Shown here: positions 57,939 through 64,000 of the stretch, piece by piece
Layout of the letters: every line of letters starts with the position of its first letter
Numbering within the stretch: position 1 is the stretch's first letter
Assembly: GCA_002366835.1 (NCBI GenBank)
Contig: DFBZ01000038.1
Coordinates: forward strand, 12,689 to 76,688
Direction of reading: 5' to 3'
DNA length: 64,000 nucleotides
From: Gammaproteobacteria bacterium UBA3067
GTDB taxonomy: Bacteria > Pseudomonadota > Gammaproteobacteria > Pseudomonadales > UBA3067
Program-made: the position numbers and the translations under genes
The notes under the pieces: generated by a model
What the model was told of the DNA's origin: nothing
The model's database searches: none
The model's input: only the letters and a program-made list of their open reading frames with translations

Positions 57939-59156
57939 ATGATTAATTTAGAAATTTCTCCAGGTCACCAGAATCTCAGTAATATGATTAATGGGATGGC
58001 AAAAAGTATGATCCGTCCCTTGTCTCGTAAGTACGATATCAAGGAACATGAAAAAGCTGTAGAGCTTGAAAACCTTGCCAAGATGATGGAAAAAATGGGC
58101 GGCGGTGGCCTAGGTGGTGGGGATAAGAAAGATAAAAAAGAGGCAAGTGGCGCTCCAGAAATAAAAAATGGCATGCAAATGTTAGGCGTTATCGGTGCAA
58201 TGGAAATGTGTTGGGCATGCACCGGCCTAACTTTAGCAATTCCAGGAATGGGTTTGGGTAACGCAGCTATTGATGCTGTTGCCTCCGACGAACAAAAAGA
58301 ACGCTTTGGTAAAGTTTTTGCTGCAATGGCAATTACTGAGCCAGGTACCGGTTCTGACTCGGCAAATGTTTGCACCACTGCCGAAGCTGATGGCGATGAA
58401 TGGGTTATTAACGGTGAAAAAATATTCGTAACAGATGGCGGTCAATGTACTCATGTTGTTGTTTGGGCAACACTAGACAAGTCTGTTGGTAAGGCGGCTA
58501 TAAAATCCTTTGTTGTACCAAAAGATGCGCCCGGCCTTGAAGTAGTTCGTCTGGAAAAGAAGATGGGTATTCGCGCCTCTGATACAGCAGCGATCACCTT
58601 TACTAACTGCCGCATTCCCAGAGATAACATCCTCGGTGATGCCACCATCGCGAGAACTGCTGAAGAGCGTAAGAAAGCCTTCGGTGGCGTGATGCAAACG
58701 TTTGACAATACCCGCCCAGCAGTGGGTGCAATGGCGAACGGTGTAGCACGAGCTGCTCTGGATATGACCCGTGAAATTCTTGAAAAAGAAGGTGTTAGCT
58801 TGGACTACGGCAAACGTCGCTGGAACAGCTCAGCCCTGCAGGCCGAGTTCTACAACATGGAAGCAGATTACGAAGCCGCACGTTTGTTAATCTTAAAAGC
58901 TGCCTGGTTGGCAGATAATAAGACGCCAAACTCCAAAGAAGCCTCTATGTGTAAAGCAAAATCTGGTCGAGTAGGTAGCTACATTACTTTGCGTTGTGTA
59001 GAGATTTGCAGCAGCCTTGGTTATGGCGAAGAATACCTGTTGGAGAAGTTTGCGCGTGACTCGAAGATTCTTGATATTTTTGAAGGAACACAGCAGATTC
59101 AGCAGTTGATTGTTGCGCGTCATCAGCTAGGCTTGAGCTCTCGCGAACTCAAATAA
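57939..59156 (+). CDS. Acyl-CoA dehydrogenase (canonical motifs)
   Basis: 405 aa with AITEPGTGSDSA, INGEKIFVT and the catalytic-base context IFEGTQQIQ. A Gly/Lys-rich insertion is present near the N-terminus (GGGGLGGGDKKDKKE). Confidence 0.85.
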   Translation: MINLEISPGHQNLSNMINGMAKSMIRPLSRKYDIKEHEKAVELENLAKMMEKMGGGGLGGGDKKDKKEASGAPEIKNGMQMLGVIGAMEMCWACTGLTLAIPGMGLGNAAIDAVASDEQKERFGKVFAAMAITEPGTGSDSANVCTTAEADGDEWVINGEKIFVTDGGQCTHVVVWATLDKSVGKAAIKSFVVPKDAPGLEVVRLEKKMGIRASDTAAITFTNCRIPRDNILGDATIARTAEERKKAFGGVMQTFDNTRPAVGAMANGVARAALDMTREILEKEGVSLDYGKRRWNSSALQAEFYNMEADYEAARLLILKAAWLADNKTPNSKEASMCKAKSGRVGSYITLRCVEICSSLGYGEEYLLEKFARDSKILDIFEGTQQIQQLIVARHQLGLSSRELK

Positions 59157-59202
59157 TGGGCTTTTGATCTTTAGTAAAGTCTTGCTTCGGCAACTCTGAA
59201 AA

Positions 59203-59228
59203 CCCAGCCAAATGGCTGGGTTTTTTTT
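59203..59228 (+). terminator. Rho-independent terminator after the ACAD pair
   Basis: Stem CCCAGCC / GGCTGGG with a 4-nt loop, followed by a T8 run. Confidence 0.85.
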
Positions 59229-59456
59229 AAAAAAGAATTAACCGGGAGAGCTATAAATACTAAGGAATTTAGCAAAACTATCTGTTGCGATGAAACATGA
59301 GTGGCTTTTGATATAGCCTATTTGTTATGCAGCGAGGAGGTGCCCAGCTTATTCTCCAAGGGTGGAACTCGAGTCATTGCTTTATTAATTAGTTGATCTA
59401 GAATGGCTTATGTACGAGAAGTAATCATACTTTTAGACTTACTAGGGGATAAAAAA

Positions 59457-59915
59457 ATGGACAAGTCAAAAACAGCACCTTCTCTTTCTAAACGACAATT
59501 TTTAGGGGCAGCTGTAGCTGCATCGGCAGTCAGTATTAGCCCAAGTTTGATGGCGGGTAATCAACATGGCCACCATAAGGCTTCATATTCCAAAGCTGTC
59601 GTTAAGGCGGCCGAAGATTGTGTGAGTGTCGGCCAAGCCTGTAAGGCGCATATCTATCAGACACTGAAATCTAAGGATCTAAGTCTTGCCGAGTGTTTAA
59701 TGTTGGTGAGGGATACCATCGCAGCGTGTGCAACGTTGGTTGAAATTGTTACCAATGGTTCAGTTCATAGTAAGGCAATGGCAAAAGTTTGCATTTCAAT
59801 TTGTAAGGATTGCCGGGATGAGTGTAATAAACATGTATCTAAGCACAAGATTTGCAAAGATATGGCGGATAGCTGCGACGATACAATCGACGCTTGCTTG
59901 AAATATATAGGCTAA
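59457..59915 (+). CDS. Cys-rich four-helix-bundle copper-binding protein (DUF326/Csp-like) with an export signal
   Basis: 152 aa from the ATG at 59457, with AGGGGA 7 nt upstream. A Tat-like signal is present (SKRQFLGAAVAASAVSISPSLMA, with KR rather than RR). The mature part contains 11 Cys in helical spacing (CxxxC-type patterns such as CISICKDCRDEC). Confidence 0.65.
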   Translation: MDKSKTAPSLSKRQFLGAAVAASAVSISPSLMAGNQHGHHKASYSKAVVKAAEDCVSVGQACKAHIYQTLKSKDLSLAECLMLVRDTIAACATLVEIVTNGSVHSKAMAKVCISICKDCRDECNKHVSKHKICKDMADSCDDTIDACLKYIG

Positions 59916-60585
59916 ATTTTATTAGTTGTGTATTAGAAGAAGATAGTATTTGAAATTTATTCCCTCCACATTGGCTAGTCGATGTGGAGGGGGTTTAATA
60001 GATATCAGCCAGTTGAATTATTATTTCCGAATGAACCCGCTACACAAATGCTGGGATGATTAAGCGAGATATTTCTTTAAACAGTCGGTTTCCCTGTTCA
60101 TCATACAGAAAAAGAAAATATGCTGTCGGGGGGCATAAAATAGATGGTTAAAAATTGCGCTTCCCAACGTGTGCCATCTGCACGTATTTTTACTACAATG
60201 GCTTAGCCCTGACTCAGATAGCGGAAAAGTTTCAATCACCACAGCCAGCTTTGTATCGGCTGAGCATTGTTTTATTGTAAAGTTTGTTCCGCACGCCCTC
60301 CTTTCTAGCTCGACCATATTTGATAGCAGTGATAACGTTCTTAGGATTGCTGTTCCCACTCGGTGGAATAGCGGGCTATAGGGCTCACTTTTCCATTCCT
60401 GTGTTTTGAATGTGTATGGGTGACAACTGAGCCTCGCTCAGGGAGTCTCAAGCTCTTTTTTAGCTAATATGGTCAAAAAATTTGGAGCTGAAGCGGGTGC
60501 TGATTCTATTAGCTGGTACGGTTAACTGTAGTTTTAGGTTTATGCTATTATTTTGTAATTATAATAAAAATATGAGCTGTTTTTG

Positions 60586-61731
60586 ATGTTAAAAATCCTT
60601 TCTTTTCTTGTGTTAACTTACTTCTTTTACCTGGGTTTTATGATGCTTTACTTCGAGCTGAAGACACGGGGAGATAACTATTTCGCCTTGCCTTTGGCTG
60701 AACGCCGTCGCTTGCGCACAAAGATACAAAAGCATGGCCGATTTATTTACCCGTTTTTTGTTTTGGTAGCCAAGGTCTTTCGTTTGTCGACACCTCCTTT
60801 GATGCGTTATAAGGGCGTTACTGGCCCATTTATGATGTCCAGTAAAAAGTCTTATCGGTTCACTAAAAATCACCAACCACAATCCAACGATATTTTTGTT
60901 GCCACGCAGATGAAGTGTGGCACCACCTGGATGCAGCAGGTGGTGTTTGAAGTATTACATCGGGGCGAGGGTGATTTAAGTGATAATGGTTATCGCCATA
61001 TGTATGCGCTGAGTCCGTGGATTGAAACTACCCCTACATCCAGCGTGCCTTTCGAGAGAGCGCCTTTGGTGGGTGAGAAAAACAGCCGCATTATCAAAAC
61101 GCATATGCCTGCTGAGTTATGCCCGTATAATGAAAAGGCGAAATATATTTATGTCACCCGCCATCCAGTGAGTTGTTTTGCCAGTTGCCTCGATTTTATT
61201 CATTTACTTGCCGGCCCAGCAGTTCCTAATCGCGATAATATGCTCAAGTGGTATTGCAGTGATGACATGTTTTGGCGCTCATGGCCTGATCATGTTGAAG
61301 GCTGGTGGCGCAGGGCTGAGTCACACCAAAATGTTTTATTTGTTCATTATGAATCCATGAAAAACGATCTTCCTACGGTGGTCAATAAGGTCGCTGAGTT
61401 CCTTGAGATGGATTTATGTTCGGAGGAAATTAATAAAGTGGTGAATCGTTGTTCCTTTGAATATATGAAAGAGCATGAAGAGCACTTTTCCATGTTCTCT
61501 CCCAATGTGTTTTCTGAGTCCTTAAAGTCAGTTCGTTTTATGCAGGCTGGCACCCTTGATCGTTACAAGGATGTCAGTAATGAAGAATTCAAAACTATTA
61601 TGGATTTTTGTCACACCCGTTTAAAAGCAGCGCATTACCCCTTGGATCGATATTACCCCGACGCCCAGGCGCTTTCTGATGACATTGAGCCTGTTGATGC
61701 CCATGCGGTGAGGATGAACAACGTGATATGA
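60586..61731 (+). CDS. Membrane-anchored PAPS-dependent sulfotransferase (Sulfotransfer_1/SULT-like)
   Basis: 381 aa. It has an N-terminal TM helix, a 5'-PSB loop (TQMKCGTTW) and a 3'-PB region (YVTRHPVSCFAS). The C-terminal AGTLDRYKD resembles the SULT GxxGxxK region. Confidence 0.7.
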   Translation: MLKILSFLVLTYFFYLGFMMLYFELKTRGDNYFALPLAERRRLRTKIQKHGRFIYPFFVLVAKVFRLSTPPLMRYKGVTGPFMMSSKKSYRFTKNHQPQSNDIFVATQMKCGTTWMQQVVFEVLHRGEGDLSDNGYRHMYALSPWIETTPTSSVPFERAPLVGEKNSRIIKTHMPAELCPYNEKAKYIYVTRHPVSCFASCLDFIHLLAGPAVPNRDNMLKWYCSDDMFWRSWPDHVEGWWRRAESHQNVLFVHYESMKNDLPTVVNKVAEFLEMDLCSEEINKVVNRCSFEYMKEHEEHFSMFSPNVFSESLKSVRFMQAGTLDRYKDVSNEEFKTIMDFCHTRLKAAHYPLDRYYPDAQALSDDIEPVDAHAVRMNNVI

Positions 61732-61764
61732 TTGCCGCTTGTTAATCTTCGATTTACGAGCCAT

Positions 61765-64000
61765 TTGAATACTCTCCCAGACCTTCCCATTCAGGCTGTG
61801 CTGGCCGATATTGTGTCAGCATTGTCATCCAATAATCAGCTTGTTCTTGAGGCGCCGCCTGGTGCCGGTAAAACCACGCTTGTCCCTCTGGCTTTGCTTG
61901 AACAGCCCTGGTTGGCTGATCAAAAAATCATTGTGCTTCAGCCACGGCGCATGGCTGCACGCTCTACGGCAACACGTATGGCTTCGCTTCTTGGTGAGAA
62001 AGTAGGGCAACGTGTGGGTTATCGTGTGCGGATGGAAAGCCGCATTTCCCAGCAGACAAAAATTGAAGTGGTAACGGAGGGCGTGCTCACGCGGATGTTG
62101 TTGGATGACCCCGCACTCGAAGGTGTTGGTCTGGTAGTGTTTGATGAATTTCACGAGCGTCACCTGGAATCGGATGTGGGTTTAGCGTTTTGCTTGCAAG
62201 GGCGGATGCTTTTTCGTGAAGAGATCAACCCGCTGAAAATTCTTTTAATGTCCGCCACCCTTGATGGGGCCAAACTGGCGGGTTTTCTTGATTCCTCCCC
62301 CTTGGTACGCAGTGAAGGGAAAATGTACCCCGTGAGCCTGGAATTCGGGGCGAGTCCAGCCGTGGGGCAGCCTGTTATTGAAGCGGTGGCGCGCACCATT
62401 CTCGATGCGCTTAAACAACATAGCGGTAGTGTATTGGTCTTTTTGCCGGGTCAGGGCGAAATCCAAAGGGTTAAAGAACAACTTGAAAATCGTCTAGCAG
62501 ACGAACTCAAAACAACAACGGACATTTATCCACTTTATGGTGCCTTGCCCTTGGAAGAGCAGCAGCGTGCTATTGAACAATGCAGCGACAATAAGCGGAA
62601 GGTGGTTCTCAGTACCGATATTGCGGAAACCAGCTTAACCATCGAAGGCATTACCGTCGTGGTGGATAGTGGCCTAAAGCGAGTGGCGGAATTTGACCCG
62701 AATAATGGTATGAGTCGTTTGCATACACGCCGTATTTCCCACGCATCCAGTGTGCAGCGAATGGGGCGGGCGGGGCGGCTATCGGAAGGGGTTTGCTATC
62801 GTCTTTGGAGTGAAAGTGAACAAAAAACGCTGCAGCCTTATGACTCCCCAGAGATTCTTCAAGCAGACCTGTGCCCGCTCGTGTTACAGCTATTGAGCTG
62901 GGGAGTTGCTGACCCGCAAGAGCTGGATTGGCTCGATCCTCCCCCCAGCGGGCCATTTAACCAAGCGCTGGACTTATTGTGCACACTGGGTGCTGTGTCG
63001 AAGAATAAAGAAACAAATCAGCCAATATTGACGAGTCACGGTAAGACCATGGCGTCTTTGGCCTTGCATCCCCGCTTGGCGCATATGCTGTTGTGTTCTG
63101 CCAGGCAAGGTTTGGCAGAGGAAGGCGCTTTGCTTGCGGCCTTGCTTGCCGAAAGAGACCCGCTTCGACAGCAGGGCAGCGATCTTTTTTTTCGTATGCA
63201 GATACTCAAAGCGGAGACTCCCAGCGCGCCTAGGCACCGTGGCTGGGTGAAGCGAGTTAAGCGGCAGGCCGAGACTTATCTTCGTCAAATTAAGGCAAAA
63301 CAAGGCCTAGAGGCTTGCAACATCCATCACTCTGATGCACTGGGTTATCTCGTTGCCTGTGCATTCCCAGATCGAATTGCCAAACGCCGAGCTGGAATGA
63401 ACGCTTCCCTATGGCAGCTTAGTGGCGGCTCAGGTGTCGAGCTAGCGGAAGAAGATACTCTCGCGCAAGAAGACTGGCTAGCCGTGGCGGAAGTTGGAGG
63501 AATGGTGGATAGAAGCCGGCAAGGTCGAGCTGCCAAACGGGATAGAGTTTATCTTGCGGCGCATTTAAACCCAGCCTTATTCTCTGACCAACTATCAGAC
63601 TTGCTTGTGTCTCGAGAAGTGGTGGAGTGGGATAAACGTACGGAACGATTTATAGCAGAAGAGCAGCGTTGCATTGGTAAGTTGATTGTTCAAAAACAAA
63701 GCTTGAAAGAGCTGCCGCTAGAAGCGAAACGGACGGCTCTCATTGACGTAATCAGGCAGCGCGGTACGGAATTTCTGCCATGGACTGATAATCTGCGGCA
63801 ATGGCAGGCGCGGGTGAACTTGGTTTATCAATATCTCGAAGAAAAGCACGAATGGCCCGACCTTTCCGAGCAAGCCTTGCTGGGTTCACTGGAAACATGG
63901 CTAGGGCCATACTTGAATGATGTGAATTCGATGAAGGACATCAGCAAGCTAGATTTGTCATCCATTTTGAAAGCCTTGCTGCCCTGGTCGTTGTCGCAGC
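61765..64000 (+). CDS. hrpB: ATP-dependent RNA helicase HrpB (3'-partial, runs off the window)
   Basis: This gene is not in the ORF track because no stop is reached. My hand translation is stop-free for 62401..63999, and the 61765..62400 portion reads as continuous HrpB sequence. Motifs are EAPPGAGKTT (Walker A), DEFHER, SATLD, TDIAETSLTIEG and QRMGRAGR. The start is uncertain: a TTG at 61765, or a TTG at 61732 abutting the sulfotransferase stop. Confidence 0.85.
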   Translation, partial: MNTLPDLPIQAVLADIVSALSSNNQLVLEAPPGAGKTTLVPLALLEQPWLADQKIIVLQPRRMAARSTATRMASLLGEKVGQRVGYRVRMESRISQQTKIEVVTEGVLTRMLLDDPALEGVGLVVFDEFHERHLESDVGLAFCLQGRMLFREEINPLKILLMSATLDGAKLAGFLDSSPLVRSEGKMYPVSLEFGASPAVGQPVIEAVARTILDALKQHSGSVLVFLPGQGEIQRVKEQLENRLADELKTTTDIYPLYGALPLEEQQRAIEQCSDNKRKVVLSTDIAETSLTIEGITVVVDSGLKRVAEFDPNNGMSRLHTRRISHASSVQRMGRAGRLSEGVCYRLWSESEQKTLQPYDSPEILQADLCPLVLQLLSWGVADPQELDWLDPPPSGPFNQALDLLCTLGAVSKNKETNQPILTSHGKTMASLALHPRLAHMLLCSARQGLAEEGALLAALLAERDPLRQQGSDLFFRMQILKAETPSAPRHRGWVKRVKRQAETYLRQIKAKQGLEACNIHHSDALGYLVACAFPDRIAKRRAGMNASLWQLSGGSGVELAEEDTLAQEDWLAVAEVGGMVDRSRQGRAAKRDRVYLAAHLNPALFSDQLSDLLVSREVVEWDKRTERFIAEEQRCIGKLIVQKQSLKELPLEAKRTALIDVIRQRGTEFLPWTDNLRQWQARVNLVYQYLEEKHEWPDLSEQALLGSLETWLGPYLNDVNSMKDISKLDLSSILKALLPWSLSQ

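Noticed and set aside
60060-60359. 99-aa minus-strand ORF (GTG start) and overlapping 70-aa plus-strand ORF in the long spacer
   Set aside because: They have no ribosome-binding site, no motif and no family resemblance, and they exclude each other. The region is reported only as an ORF-poor spacer.
1-64000. Search for CRISPR arrays, rRNA genes, integrases, transposases, toxin-antitoxin pairs or recognisable phage-defence cassettes
   Set aside because: I saw no regularly spaced direct repeats, no rRNA-like sequence and no ORF with integrase, transposase or defence-system motifs. The only mobile signatures are the three non-coding MITE-like copies.

Overview
This 64 kb window looks like an ordinary chromosomal core region of a marine-type gammaproteobacterium. 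That assignment is inferred only from gene content and local synteny reminiscent of Pseudomonas and Cellvibrio-like genomes; no database was consulted. About 55 genes are densely packed on both strands. I found no rRNA, CRISPR array, prophage, integrase or intact IS element.

Recognisable content:
- **Housekeeping genes:** glpK, oadGAB (Na+-pumping oxaloacetate decarboxylase), ppc, nadK, pepN, ppnP, minCDE, an elongator-type tRNA-Met(CAT), and a 3'-open hrpB helicase gene that is absent from the ORF track.
- **Metabolic and transport genes:** an MTAP-family phosphorylase, an IorAB-like molybdo-oxidoreductase, a CDF metal exporter, TatD, an SLC13 permease, an aldehyde dehydrogenase, and an LpxL-like acyltransferase.
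- **Secretion and signalling genes:** ExeA/GspB and an HsbA/HsbR-like partner-switching pair.

Most notable non-routine observations:
1. An apparently non-autonomous MITE-like repeat family is present in three copies. It has 17-bp terminal inverted repeats (GGGCATCTCTAAAAATT) and 4-bp target-site duplications. The copies sit next to glpK, 22 bp upstream of ppc, and across the stop codon of the acyltransferase gene.
2. An AT-rich, tightly coupled operon encodes a TonB-dependent receptor, a periplasmic binding-like protein and a hybrid histidine kinase.
3. Two diverged paralogs fuse a Cys-less glutaredoxin-like domain to a MerC-like membrane domain, with no mer operon nearby.
4. A pair of acyl-CoA dehydrogenase genes, one with a degenerate FAD motif, lies behind a PsrA-type palindrome.
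5. A P/Q/W-rich coiled-coil protein has no family I recognise.
6. Smaller items include an exported Csp-like Cys-rich four-helix protein, a membrane-anchored SULT-like sulfotransferase, and a possibly frameshifted small gene.

All functional calls rest on motif recognition by eye and need homology searches to confirm.
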